Below are positions 40,861 to 51,061 of a stretch of DNA of 64,000 nucleotides, piece by piece. Positions within the stretch are counted from its first letter, which is position 1. Every line of letters begins with the position of its first letter. A program made the translations under genes and the position numbers. The notes under the pieces were generated by a model. It worked only from the letters and a program-made list of their open reading frames with translations, made no database searches and had not been told where the DNA came from. The stretch is from an uncultured Rikenellaceae bacterium (GTDB lineage: Bacteria; Bacteroidota; Bacteroidia; Bacteroidales; VadinHA17), in NCBI GenBank assembly GCA_964639725.1, contig CAZXFB010000018.1, positions 6,054 through 70,053 on the forward strand, in the 5' to 3' direction.

Positions 40861-42252
40861 TTACAGATGAATTACCTCACCGTAGGCTGCAGCAGCAGCT
40901 TCCATTATTGCTTCTGACATTGTGGGATGAGGATGAACGGCTTTTATTATTTCATGTGCAGTAGTCTCAAGTTTTCGTGCCACAACAATTTCAGCGATCA
41001 TTTCCGTAACATTTGCACCTATCATATGTGCACCGAGCAGCTCACCATAACTTGCATCAAAAATCAACTTAACAAATCCATCTTTTGAACCTGCTGCGCT
41101 TGCTTTTCCTGAGGCTGTGAAAGGGAATTTTCCTACTTTTACTTCATAACCTGCAGTCTTTGCAGCAGCTTCTGTAAATCCGCATGATGCAATCTCGGGA
41201 GTAGTATAGGTACATGCAGGAATATTATTATAGTCAAGTGGTTCAACCTCCAATCCTGCAATCTTTTCAACGCAAATAATTCCTTCAGCAGAAGCAACAT
41301 GGGCCAGTGCCGGACCATGAACAATATCCCCGATGGCAAAGATTCCCTGAACTGATGTTTTGTAGAAATCATCTACAACAACTTTTCCTTTCTCCGTTTT
41401 AACACTTAATTTCTCAAGACCTATACCATCTATATTTGTGGAAACCCCAACGGCAGAAAGTACAATATCTGCTTCAACAGTTTCTGTTCCAACGGGTGAT
41501 TTTATCGTCACTATACATTTATCATCTGATATTGTAACCGCTTCAACAGAAGAGTCGGTCATTACTTTCATCTTAAGCTTTTTAAAAGAGCGTTCAAGTT
41601 GTTTTGAAACCTCTTCATCCTCATTAGGTACTACCCTCGGCAGAAATTCCACCAGAGTAACCTGTGTTCCAATTGACTGGTAAAAATTGGCGAACTCACT
41701 TCCTATTGCACCTGATCCGACAACTACCATAGAGGCCGGTTGTTTTCCAAGGGTCATAGCTTCCCTGTAACCAATAATCTTTTTCCCGTCCTGTTTAAGA
41801 TTTGGAAGTTCTTTAGACCGGGCTCCTGTTGCAATTATTATGTTTTTTGCAGACCATGTTTTTTTTGTTCCACCTGCATCTTCCACTTCAACCATGTTTT
41901 GACCGGCAAGACGCCCTATACCTTTAATATGGGTTATGTTGTTCTTTTTAAACAGGAATTGAATCCCTTTACTCATTCCATCTGCAACACTCCTGCTTCG
42001 TGCTATTATTGCACCAAAATCAGGAGCTACCTCTCCATTGACTTTAATACCGTATTCAGAAGCATGTTTCAGATATTCAAAAATCTGGGCACTCTTAAGC
42101 AGTGATTTTGTTGGAATGCATCCCCAGTTTAAACATATTCCTCCAAGTTCAGCTTTTTCAATTACAGCCACTTTCATTTTTAATTGCGATGCCCGTATCG
42201 CTGCTACATAACCTCCGGGTCCACTTCCAATAATAATAAGATCGTAATCCAT
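40861..42252 (-). CDS. lpd: Dihydrolipoyl dehydrogenase
   Basis: GSGPGGY FAD motif, redox-active GGICLNWGCIPTK, second GxGxxG (VVGSGAIGSE), C-terminal HPHPTMSE. Confidence 0.95.
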   Translation of the reverse strand: MDYDLIIIGSGPGGYVAAIRASQLKMKVAVIEKAELGGICLNWGCIPTKSLLKSAQIFEYLKHASEYGIKVNGEVAPDFGAIIARSRSVADGMSKGIQFLFKKNNITHIKGIGRLAGQNMVEVEDAGGTKKTWSAKNIIIATGARSKELPNLKQDGKKIIGYREAMTLGKQPASMVVVGSGAIGSEFANFYQSIGTQVTLVEFLPRVVPNEDEEVSKQLERSFKKLKMKVMTDSSVEAVTISDDKCIVTIKSPVGTETVEADIVLSAVGVSTNIDGIGLEKLSVKTEKGKVVVDDFYKTSVQGIFAIGDIVHGPALAHVASAEGIICVEKIAGLEVEPLDYNNIPACTYTTPEIASCGFTEAAAKTAGYEVKVGKFPFTASGKASAAGSKDGFVKLIFDASYGELLGAHMIGANVTEMIAEIVVARKLETTAHEIIKAVHPHPTMSEAIMEAAAAAYGEVIHL

Positions 42253-42268
42253 TGTATTTGTGATTAAT

Positions 42269-43111
42269 TTAATATAGTATTTTAACTGTATCTCTCCTAT
42301 AAAAAAAATTTATCAGGTAAATAAAGCTTTTAACAATAATCCAGATAATGACTAAAGTAAAAATAATAGTTGCACCTGCCGGAATACCGAAATAAAAAGA
42401 AATTGCATAACCGCCTGCAGTACCTGTAAATCCGGCAAGTACTGACCATAATACAATCTTAAAATATGTTTTTGTAAACAGCATAGCAATATTTGGAGGT
42501 ATTGTGAGCAGTGAAATTACAAGAACTACCCCTGCCATCCTTATATTGAGAACAATTGTAAGAGCAATCAGTGAAGTTGTGAAGTATTTAAATATGTCGA
42601 CATATGATGAATATGTTCTTGCAAAAAGCTCATCAAACGATATATACAGGATAGTTCTGTAAAACATTCCGAAATAGATTATCAGAACTACCGACATAAT
42701 AGCAAGGGCAATAATATCAGCATTTGTTACAGTCAGGATACTTCCGAAGAGATAACTCATCAGATTAGGAGTATAACCAGGGGTGAGATAAATGAATATA
42801 ATTCCTATTGCCATACCGAATGCCCATAAAATACCTATCGCGGAATCTTCTCTTATCTTTTGCTTTACAGATAAATATTCAACCCCTAATGCTGACAGGA
42901 TACCAAAAAATGCTGCCCCAACAACAGGATTTATTCCAATAAAATAACCAATTCCAATTCCTCCGAACGAGGCATGTGTTATTCCACCACTGAGAAATAC
43001 CATCCTTTTTGATACAATATAGGTTCCTGCCAATCCTGCAGTAATACTAGCAAATAGCGCTCCAAGCAAGCCCTTCACTATAAAATCATATTGAAAAATA
43101 TTTCCTTCCAT
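42269..43111 (-). CDS. Metal (Zn/Mn-type) ABC transporter permease
   Basis: About 8 TM helices of the ZnuB/MntB type. The ATG at 43111 overlaps the upstream ATPase stop by 1 nt. Confidence 0.85.
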   Translation of the reverse strand: MEGNIFQYDFIVKGLLGALFASITAGLAGTYIVSKRMVFLSGGITHASFGGIGIGYFIGINPVVGAAFFGILSALGVEYLSVKQKIREDSAIGILWAFGMAIGIIFIYLTPGYTPNLMSYLFGSILTVTNADIIALAIMSVVLIIYFGMFYRTILYISFDELFARTYSSYVDIFKYFTTSLIALTIVLNIRMAGVVLVISLLTIPPNIAMLFTKTYFKIVLWSVLAGFTGTAGGYAISFYFGIPAGATIIFTLVIIWIIVKSFIYLINFFYRRDTVKILY

Positions 43112-43857
43112 CAATTATGCGTTTTCAATACTGTATGAGGAACATCCCCATGAGTAATAAGTTGAATGGGACAACCGTAAGCCAGTAGTTGTTCATTCGA
43201 AATCTCTGATGAGGAATGGTAATGAAGCTTTTTATTGACACAGGCATACGATTTAACATAGGAGGATATCATCCCGATATCATGCGAAACCATAAGTATA
43301 GCCATGCGGCTGTTAAGCTCATTAAGCTTACCGTAGAAATCATTTTCAAATGTCGAATCTACAAAATTACCAGGTTCGTCCAATAATAACAATTTGGGAT
43401 TTCCAATAATCGCACGGCCAAGAAAGACTCTCTGGAGCTGCCCTCCTGACATTTCATTCAATGGTGAATTTTTCAGGTCAGTCAAACCTAATTCATCAAT
43501 AACTTCTGAGGCTCTCCTTTTATCAGAGTCTGACATTCTGGATATGAATTTTTTACTTATCATCAATCCCGAAAGTACAACATCCATTGCTGTCACTGGA
43601 AAATTAATATCTCCTGTTGACAATTGTGGAAGATATCCGATACTGTTACTGTTTAAAAGTCCGGTATTGAAAAGTATCTTGCCACTTGCAGGTTTAATCA
43701 AACCAAGAATCAATTTCAGCAGTGTTGTTTTTCCTCCTCCGTTTGGACCTATAACTCCAATAAAATCATTTTCGGAAACCCGCAGACTGATATCCTGAAG
43801 CACGACGTTCGTTCCAAATGAAGCTGATACAGAATGCATCTCAACAAGAAAGCTCAT
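43111..43857 (-). CDS. Metal (Zn/Mn-type) ABC transporter ATP-binding protein
   Basis: GPNGGGKTT, MSGGQLQR, LLLLDEP. Confidence 0.9.
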   Translation of the reverse strand: MSFLVEMHSVSASFGTNVVLQDISLRVSENDFIGVIGPNGGGKTTLLKLILGLIKPASGKILFNTGLLNSNSIGYLPQLSTGDINFPVTAMDVVLSGLMISKKFISRMSDSDKRRASEVIDELGLTDLKNSPLNEMSGGQLQRVFLGRAIIGNPKLLLLDEPGNFVDSTFENDFYGKLNELNSRMAILMVSHDIGMISSYVKSYACVNKKLHYHSSSEISNEQLLAYGCPIQLITHGDVPHTVLKTHN

Positions 43858-43864
43858 ATCTTTT

Positions 43865-44740
43865 CTATTTTGAACATTTGATCAGACTCTTATGAAGAGC
43901 AGTAATAATCTCATTAGTTGACTCCAGCCAGTTTTCTGACAAAGGATCAATGATCTCTACCGAAGCACTAATTTCATCTGCAATAGCTTTAGCATTTTTC
44001 GTGTCATATTCTCTCTGGACAAAAATGGTACTTAATCCATCTTTTCTTGCCTTATCAATAAGTTCCTTCATCCTTGAAGGTGGAGGTTCCTTTCCTTCGT
44101 ACTCAACTGATATCTCTTCCAGTCCGTAGTCTCTTGCCAGGTACCCTAAATTTGGATGAAATATCATAAAAGTTTTACATCTGACATCAGAAAAAGATTG
44201 CCGGGCAAGTGAATCAACCTTTTCAATTATTAGGATAAGAGACCTGCAATTATCATAATATTTCATTTTCCCTTCCGGGTTAAGTGAACTCAGAAATTCG
44301 CTGACAGACGAAGCCATGATCATTGCACATTCCGGAGAGACCCAATAATGAGGATCTGCTCCTTCAACATGCTCACCTTCATGTTCATGGCGGGTGGCCA
44401 GAGGAATAATCTTTTCGCCCAAAGATAATCTCTTCATTGTTTTGTTTGTTTCATAAAACCTGTCAAGCCATGTCATCTCAAATCCCAGATAACCATTACT
44501 GATGTAGGCAACTGATTTCCTGAGTTTGTTTATCTGGTCAGGAAATGGTTCATAAATATGTGGATTTGCACCGGGAGGCACCATTACGTTAACCTTAAAA
44601 TCACCTCCTGAGATTTCATCTACAAAATATTTAAAGGGCCCGATACTTACAGTAATTATTTTGTCAGCCGATCTCTTTTCAGCACTGGTGCATGATAACA
44701 ACATAAAAATAATGACGAAAAAGGAGTAAAATTTGTTCAT
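43865..44740 (-). CDS. Metal ABC transporter substrate-binding lipoprotein (ZnuA/TroA fold)
   Basis: Lipobox LLSC, metal-ligand contexts NPHIYEP and DPHYW, His/Glu-rich loop RHEHEGEHVEG. ATG at 44740 preferred. Confidence 0.85.
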   Translation of the reverse strand: MNKFYSFFVIIFMLLSCTSAEKRSADKIITVSIGPFKYFVDEISGGDFKVNVMVPPGANPHIYEPFPDQINKLRKSVAYISNGYLGFEMTWLDRFYETNKTMKRLSLGEKIIPLATRHEHEGEHVEGADPHYWVSPECAMIMASSVSEFLSSLNPEGKMKYYDNCRSLILIIEKVDSLARQSFSDVRCKTFMIFHPNLGYLARDYGLEEISVEYEGKEPPPSRMKELIDKARKDGLSTIFVQREYDTKNAKAIADEISASVEIIDPLSENWLESTNEIITALHKSLIKCSK

Positions 44741-44861
44741 CAGGAAGCAATTCAAATTAGGATACAAATTTAACATATAACAGAACATAAGGTTTAAGTG
44801 TTGGAAATAAAATAATATGAGCTATTTTTGATATCATTTTACAAAAGACTCTTTTCGCTTA

Positions 44862-45326
44862 ATGAAGAACAAGGGTGATATACTTGCAAATATTCTGAAA
44901 AATTTTAAGGAGTGTTATTTCTTCCTTCATAATACTAAAGAGCTTTACATAGCAGAGAAGATAATGAATGAAGGATTTGTTTTTGAAAGTCAGCTCCCTC
45001 ATTCCACTGATCGTGTGAATCCTAACGAACCTATTGAAATAACTTATTTCCTTTTTCAAAGAAAAGATTATGGACTCTATACTATAATAATTGCAATCCC
45101 AAAAAGCACTTATGACATCTATTCCCAGATATCAAATAAATATGATATCGGGATTGAAGACGTTTTTACAATTAAGGAACCATATGTGGGTGACAACGAT
45201 GAGCTTATTTACACTCTTTCTCCAAAACATTTACTAGGATATTTTAATATAAAAACAACAGAATTTATCAAGAATCCAAACTGGGACCCATCTTTTATCA
45301 ATGACCAGGTAGGTTCAGAAAAATAG
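44862..45326 (+). CDS. Hypothetical cytoplasmic protein (no recognisable motif)
   Basis: 154-aa ORF with ATG start and no signal peptide. Occupies an otherwise empty gap between two operons. Confidence 0.4.
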   Translation: MKNKGDILANILKNFKECYFFLHNTKELYIAEKIMNEGFVFESQLPHSTDRVNPNEPIEITYFLFQRKDYGLYTIIIAIPKSTYDIYSQISNKYDIGIEDVFTIKEPYVGDNDELIYTLSPKHLLGYFNIKTTEFIKNPNWDPSFINDQVGSEK

Positions 45327-45370
45327 TCGTCAATTCTCCTCACCCTAATATACTTATAACAAATACAATA

Positions 45371-47002
45371 ATGATGAAAATACTATTTAGAATCCTGGCT
45401 ATAACATTGACATTGTGCTTATTCACAGTCGGTAGTTCAGCCCAGGAACAGTATAATGATTCTCAATATTTTTCAAAGAAAATTACATCCCTGGGCAAAG
45501 AGTTTCCAACTCTGTGTTCTGTAAAACCATTAGCAAAAACATCAGGGGGAAAAAATATTTGGGTAATGATAATTGGTACTGAAATAAAGGATAATAAACC
45601 CGGAGTTGTTGTTTTGGGAGGTGTTGAAGGAAGTCACCTGCTGGGCAGAGAACTTGCCCTTGGATTCGCCGTAAAACTGCTTAATGAGTCAGGTACACCG
45701 GCTATTTCTGAACTTCTGAAAAAAGTCACTTTTTACATTTTCCCGGATATGTCTCCAGATGCCGGGGATCAGTTTTTTGCAGATTTGAAATATGAAAGGT
45801 CAGAAAATACGGTACCTGCAGATGATGATAAGGATTTTTCATTTGACGAAGACCCTCCTGAAGATCTCAACGGTGATGGTCTTATAACAGTTCTCAGGAT
45901 TGCAGATCCAACAGGCAAATATATTGAAAATGATGAAGATAAAAGAGTTATGTCGATTGCAGATCTTTCAAAAGGAGAGAAAGGAGCATTCAGAATATAT
46001 ACTGAGGGAATTGACAATGATAAGGATGGCCAAATCAATGAGGATGCTCCCGGAGGAGTAAACTTTAACAGGAATCTTACATATAATTATGAAGAGTTTG
46101 GCCCCCAATCGGGCCTCCATCCTGTCTCGGAACCGGAAACCAAGGCACTGCTTGACTTTCTTTTTGACCATTTCAATATCTTCACTACTATTGCTTTCGG
46201 ACCCCAGGACAATCTTGGACACTCCATGAAGGCTTCAGAAGATCAGACTAATAGCCGGGGAAAGGAACGAAGGATTACAAGTATTTTAAAATCTGATGAG
46301 ACCATAAATAGACTTGTATCAGATAAATACCATGATATTACCGGTGTTAAAGGGGCACCTGCAGCAAAAAATTCGCCTGGAAACTTTATGGAATGGGCGT
46401 ACTACCATTATGGCCGTTATAGCTTCAGCACTCCGGCGTGGTGGTTTCCGGTTGAAAAGGATATGAATGCCGAGATCGCATTCCTGAAGTATGCTGAGGA
46501 GAATAAATTAAATAATGTATTTATACCCTGGACAAAACTCGAACACCCTGATTTTCCTGATAAAATGGTCGAACTGGGAGGAATAAAACCATTTGTAATG
46601 ACCAACCCTCCTGCTGACAAGCTTGGTGAACTAATAACCAAAAACTACAGGTTCATAACCACAATAGCAGGAATGCATCCTGATCTTGAATTTCTGGATT
46701 TGAAGGTTGAGAATTCAGGGGAGAATATTTTCAGACTTACGATTAAGGTTCATAATAAAGGAATATTTGCAACCTGTGCCGAAATAGGTGAAATGAATAT
46801 GTGGACAAGGTTAATGAGGTTAAGCCTTGAACCAGTTAAAGGACAGAGCATTCTTAGTGGCCATAAAATACAGAAAGTATCAAGGCTTGAGGGAAACCAG
46901 TCATCGGAATTCAGCTGGCTCATTTCAGGGAAAGGTGTGGTTAAACTTACAGCTGGTGCGATAAATACAGGAATAATCACAACTTCAGTCGATCTGAAAT
47001 AA
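45371..47002 (+). CDS. M14 carboxypeptidase-like protein, predicted catalytically inactive paralogue
   Basis: Colinear with the downstream M14 gene, with a signal peptide. Zinc motif reads E86-G-S-H89 instead of HxxE. Gly replaces the third His, and there is no catalytic Glu (FSTPAW). DxDxDG loops retained. Confidence 0.7.
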   Translation: MMKILFRILAITLTLCLFTVGSSAQEQYNDSQYFSKKITSLGKEFPTLCSVKPLAKTSGGKNIWVMIIGTEIKDNKPGVVVLGGVEGSHLLGRELALGFAVKLLNESGTPAISELLKKVTFYIFPDMSPDAGDQFFADLKYERSENTVPADDDKDFSFDEDPPEDLNGDGLITVLRIADPTGKYIENDEDKRVMSIADLSKGEKGAFRIYTEGIDNDKDGQINEDAPGGVNFNRNLTYNYEEFGPQSGLHPVSEPETKALLDFLFDHFNIFTTIAFGPQDNLGHSMKASEDQTNSRGKERRITSILKSDETINRLVSDKYHDITGVKGAPAAKNSPGNFMEWAYYHYGRYSFSTPAWWFPVEKDMNAEIAFLKYAEENKLNNVFIPWTKLEHPDFPDKMVELGGIKPFVMTNPPADKLGELITKNYRFITTIAGMHPDLEFLDLKVENSGENIFRLTIKVHNKGIFATCAEIGEMNMWTRLMRLSLEPVKGQSILSGHKIQKVSRLEGNQSSEFSWLISGKGVVKLTAGAINTGIITTSVDLK

Positions 47003-47025
47003 TAAATTCATTTAACGATTTCACC

Positions 47026-48747
47026 ATGAAAAAAATATACTATTCAATATTAATATCATTTTTCATCATCTTTATTACCCTCCCCTTATTATCACAAAAT
47101 GAGGATATGTTCTTTAAAGCGGCAGGAACACCACCGTTTCCGAAAGTACAGGTTTCATGGAACAGATATAATACTCATTCCGGTGTGGTGGATATTTGCA
47201 CAAAACTGGCTAAAGCTTATCCCGATCTTGTTACAATGGAATCTATTGGAAAATCATATCAAGATCGTGATATTATTGTTCTTACAATCTCCGATAAAAA
47301 AGCAGGAAATCCTGATTTTAAGCCAGGATTCTGGATTGATGGTAATATTCATTCCGTAGAGGTACAGGGAACTGAAATGGCATTATATACAGCATGGTAT
47401 CTTTGCGAAATGTATAATGATAATCTGTTTATAAAGCAGTTACTGGCTGATAAAACATTTTATATTGCACCAACAATTAATCCGGATGCAAGAGATTATT
47501 TTGCCTTTGTCGGGGTTCCTCCCAGGTCAGGACTGGTTCCAAGGGACAATGATCGAGACGGGGTATCTGATGAAGATGGTTATGATGACCTTGATGGTGA
47601 CAAGAATATAAGTCTGATGAGACGAAAGAAATCTGGTGGTGGTTATATCACTGACACTAAAGATCCACGTAAAATGATCCGTGTTTCTCCCGGTGAAAAA
47701 AGTGATTATGAGATACTTGGATTGGAAGGAATAGACAATGATGGTGACGGGCTTATAAATGAAGACGGACCAGGAGGCTATGACGGAAATCGCGACTGGG
47801 GTTTTAATTGGGAACCTAATTATATTCAGGGCGGAGCTGATAAATACCCATTTTCAATGCCTGAGAATCAAGCAGTTCGTGACTTTACCCTTAAGCACAG
47901 GAATATTACCGGATCGCAATCATTTCACAACTATGGGGGAATGATACTGCGAGGGCCATCTATTGAAGGTGGTGGAGCTGAAGCCTATAGTCAGCCGGAT
48001 GATAAAGTTATAGATTTTATTGGAAAAAAGGGGGAAGAGATAATTCCTGGTTATAAACTTGTTACAATATGGAAAGATATGTACACTGTGTATGGTGGTG
48101 AGCTTGACTGGTGGCATGGTGCCATGGGTTGTTTTGTCTTTTCCAATGAATTATGGAGCAGTTATTTAATGTTCTACGATACCGGTAACAACAACGAATA
48201 TGAGTTTGACAAACTACTGCTATTTGAAGATGCTTTTGTCCCTTGGCACAAAACAAATCATCCCCTTTATGGTGAAGTTGAAATAGGTGGATTCAGTAAA
48301 AACTTTGGAAGGCTACATCCCGGATTTCTGATTGAATCAGATGCTCACCGTAATGCAGCTTTTTGTATTTACAATTCATACCAATCGCCTAAACTCGAAG
48401 TATCTGAAATCAAAGTAAAGAAGCTGAAAGAGGGTTTGACAGAAGTAACTGCCAGAGTGGAAAATAAAAGAATGATACCAACACATTCTGCAAGTAATCT
48501 TAAATATAAAATAGATCCGCCTGATTATGTTTATCTCGATGGAGGAACAGTTATTGCCGGAATGATTATTGAAAATGCTGATCTTAACCTTTCAAAGGAG
48601 CAGAAGAGAAATCCACAGCGTATCGAAATACAAAACATCAGCGGATATGAACAAGTTGAACTTAAATGGCTGGTTAAAGGAGGGAAAAAATACAGTGTCA
48701 GAGTTGAAAGCGTCAAAGGGGGACGTGCTTCTGCCGTTTCTGAATAA
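47026..48747 (+). CDS. M14-family zinc carboxypeptidase with Ca-binding-type insertion
   Basis: PGFWIDGNIHSVE (HxxE), INPDARDY, GNRDW, SFHNYGG, SNELW. The insertion carries DNDRDGVSDEDG and GIDNDGDGLINEDGPGG. Confidence 0.8.
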   Translation: MKKIYYSILISFFIIFITLPLLSQNEDMFFKAAGTPPFPKVQVSWNRYNTHSGVVDICTKLAKAYPDLVTMESIGKSYQDRDIIVLTISDKKAGNPDFKPGFWIDGNIHSVEVQGTEMALYTAWYLCEMYNDNLFIKQLLADKTFYIAPTINPDARDYFAFVGVPPRSGLVPRDNDRDGVSDEDGYDDLDGDKNISLMRRKKSGGGYITDTKDPRKMIRVSPGEKSDYEILGLEGIDNDGDGLINEDGPGGYDGNRDWGFNWEPNYIQGGADKYPFSMPENQAVRDFTLKHRNITGSQSFHNYGGMILRGPSIEGGGAEAYSQPDDKVIDFIGKKGEEIIPGYKLVTIWKDMYTVYGGELDWWHGAMGCFVFSNELWSSYLMFYDTGNNNEYEFDKLLLFEDAFVPWHKTNHPLYGEVEIGGFSKNFGRLHPGFLIESDAHRNAAFCIYNSYQSPKLEVSEIKVKKLKEGLTEVTARVENKRMIPTHSASNLKYKIDPPDYVYLDGGTVIAGMIIENADLNLSKEQKRNPQRIEIQNISGYEQVELKWLVKGGKKYSVRVESVKGGRASAVSE

Positions 48748-48797
48748 AAACAGGTTGACTTCAGAAAGTCAACCTGTAAAACAAATTTCTTCAGGAT

Positions 48798-49508
48798 TTA
48801 AAAAGTCTGAAGAGAGATTTTAAAAAATCCAGTGGCTTTCAAAGCTTTTATCTCATATTTCCATTCTCCTGCCTTATCAATATTTTCCTCCTCGGAGATG
48901 CTGAAAGATTTCCTCCAGTTGAGTTTTCCGGACTCATCAATAACAATATCAGAATAGGTCTTTCCATTTGGCATAACAATTTTTATCTGTATTTCTCCGG
49001 ATTTACAATTGCCTGTTACTGACATGATAACTGTTCTGGCAGATTTCTCGACATCAATTACGTAGTTTCTTGAATAGTTCGATTCCTTGATAGATTTTGA
49101 AAAGTCCCATAAACTATTCTCACCTTCACCCATTGAATGACTGAAAACAGTAAAGTCAGGTTCCGAAAATGAGAAAGGTTCATCAAAGGAGAATGACCTG
49201 GAACTTTTCCTGCCGGGAAGGACCATAATTTCTTCGTCAATATTTCCTTTCTTAACTTTTAGCCTGAACTCCCTTATAGTATCATCCATTTCCATTTCTC
49301 TCTCTTCAACTACTTTTTCCAGATCAACAATAACTCTCTTCTGTTCTGTCATCGCCTTTTTCTGCTTATCTATCTCTTCCTGGATCCTTAACTCTTTTTC
49401 CTTCTCATCTTTTGTCTTTTCCTGTGAACTTACCAGCTGAAATGAACTGGCTGAGAAGAGAAAAAATATTGTTAAAATTATTAATCTTATCTTTTTCATG
49501 GCTTTCAT
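48798..49508 (-). CDS. Secreted coiled-coil protein (hypothetical)
   Basis: Signal peptide MKAMKKIRLIILTIFFLFSASS, K/E-rich helix (aa ~40-95), beta-rich C-terminus. The start could also be 49499 or 49538. Confidence 0.5.
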   Translation of the reverse strand: MKAMKKIRLIILTIFFLFSASSFQLVSSQEKTKDEKEKELRIQEEIDKQKKAMTEQKRVIVDLEKVVEEREMEMDDTIREFRLKVKKGNIDEEIMVLPGRKSSRSFSFDEPFSFSEPDFTVFSHSMGEGENSLWDFSKSIKESNYSRNYVIDVEKSARTVIMSVTGNCKSGEIQIKIVMPNGKTYSDIVIDESGKLNWRKSFSISEEENIDKAGEWKYEIKALKATGFFKISLQTF

Positions 49509-49616
49509 ATTAATTATGATGTAAAGATAGCTAGGCATTATCTGTCCGTGTGTTAATGCCAGGTTAATGAAGGGTTAATGTTTAACTTATAATCAATCAG
49601 TATGATTAAAAATGAA

Positions 49617-49624
49617 TACTTTTG
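49617..49624 (+). promoter_or_regulatory. Bacteroidota-type -7 box (TACTTTTG)
   Basis: Exact TAnnTTTG match ending 20 nt upstream of the histidine kinase start. Confidence 0.45.
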
Positions 49625-49643
49625 ATAAAGAAATCGTAATAAT

Positions 49644-51050
49644 ATGCGAAAAAGGAGTACCGTTTTGCTTTTAGGTGTAATCTCAATAATAATACTGATA
49701 TCTGTTCAGCTGATAATTGTCATTGGGGTCTGGCGGCAAAAGGATGAGATGTTCAATCTCAGATATACACTTCTTGCCAAAGAGGCTCTTGCCCAAATGG
49801 ACAGAAGAGGTTCTCCTGATGGATTTGATACAGCCCGTTATCTCATCGGCCGGTATTCTGAAAAAATCATAAAGGAGGGGCTAGCTGACATTAAAGATGA
49901 TTCAATTACTGGAATTAAAAAAAAGGAGATCCTTCAATATGTTAACAAAATATTAATTCTGGAACAGGATCTCTCTTCTAATCTGACAGCATATTTTGGA
50001 AGGAGGGGATATGAAAAAGATTTTAATTATGATATCGTGATCAACCACCTGGAATTGATAAATTTCGATACCAGAATACCTGTTTACGAAAGTGAAGATT
50101 TTCGCAACCGAAGAAATTCAGGTGCTGGTAATATTTCTGCTTCACCAGTAAAAGGTTCTTCAAGAATCCTTGTTAACGGGTATCGTTCAGAAGACAACAA
50201 TTACAGGATCTTCTTTGAGTACTACATAGATTTTTCAGATAAGCAGGCTGTAATTCTTAAGGAGGTATCTGCTTCGCTCAAACTGAGTATTTTCAGCATT
50301 CTTTTCGTTGTGATTATATTTATGATAACCTATAGAAACCTCATGGAAGAGAAGCGGTTATCAAATCTTAAGACCGACTTTATCAATAATATGACCCATG
50401 AGCTAAAAACCCCGTTATCAACTATCACGGTAGCAGGAAAAACCCTCGAAATGGAGAAAATAAGAACTAATGAAGCAAAAATACTGGAAACGGCAAAGCT
50501 TATAGGCAAGCAAAGCATTCACCTCAATCAGCTTATTAATATGATACTTGAAATCAGCATGTGGGAAAGGACCCAATTTGAGCTGGATAAAAAGAATGTT
50601 GACATTGAGGAAATCATGAATGATATAGTTGAATGCTTTAAGTCAGGTTGCGCCAACTGTGTTGAATTAAAAATGAAATACAGTTTTAATGGAGCCAGGG
50701 CAGATATTGATATAGTATATTTCACAACAATGATAAACAATCTCCTTTCCAATGCGACGAAATACTCTGACAAAGATCCTGTAATTGAGATTGAAGGTTT
50801 TACAGAGGGCAATCTTATCAGGATAAAAATTGCCGATAATGGAATTGGAATAAGTAAAACAGATCAGAAACATGTTTTCGATAAGTTTTACCGGGCATCA
50901 ACTGGGAATATTCATAAATACAAAGGACTTGGGCTGGGGCTATATTACGTTAAAAGGATTGCCGAAGCCCATGGCGGAGAAGTAACTGTTAATAGTAAAC
51001 CGGGAAATGGTAGTATATTTACAGTAAGTATACCTTATAAAATGATATAA
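49644..51050 (+). CDS. Sensor histidine kinase
   Basis: Two TM segments flank a periplasmic region. H-box MTHELKTPLSTI; NLLSNATKYS; DNGIGIS; GLGLGLYYVKRIAEAHGG. Confidence 0.9.
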   Translation: MRKRSTVLLLGVISIIILISVQLIIVIGVWRQKDEMFNLRYTLLAKEALAQMDRRGSPDGFDTARYLIGRYSEKIIKEGLADIKDDSITGIKKKEILQYVNKILILEQDLSSNLTAYFGRRGYEKDFNYDIVINHLELINFDTRIPVYESEDFRNRRNSGAGNISASPVKGSSRILVNGYRSEDNNYRIFFEYYIDFSDKQAVILKEVSASLKLSIFSILFVVIIFMITYRNLMEEKRLSNLKTDFINNMTHELKTPLSTITVAGKTLEMEKIRTNEAKILETAKLIGKQSIHLNQLINMILEISMWERTQFELDKKNVDIEEIMNDIVECFKSGCANCVELKMKYSFNGARADIDIVYFTTMINNLLSNATKYSDKDPVIEIEGFTEGNLIRIKIADNGIGISKTDQKHVFDKFYRASTGNIHKYKGLGLGLYYVKRIAEAHGGEVTVNSKPGNGSIFTVSIPYKMI

Positions 51051-51061
51051 TTACAAAGGTT

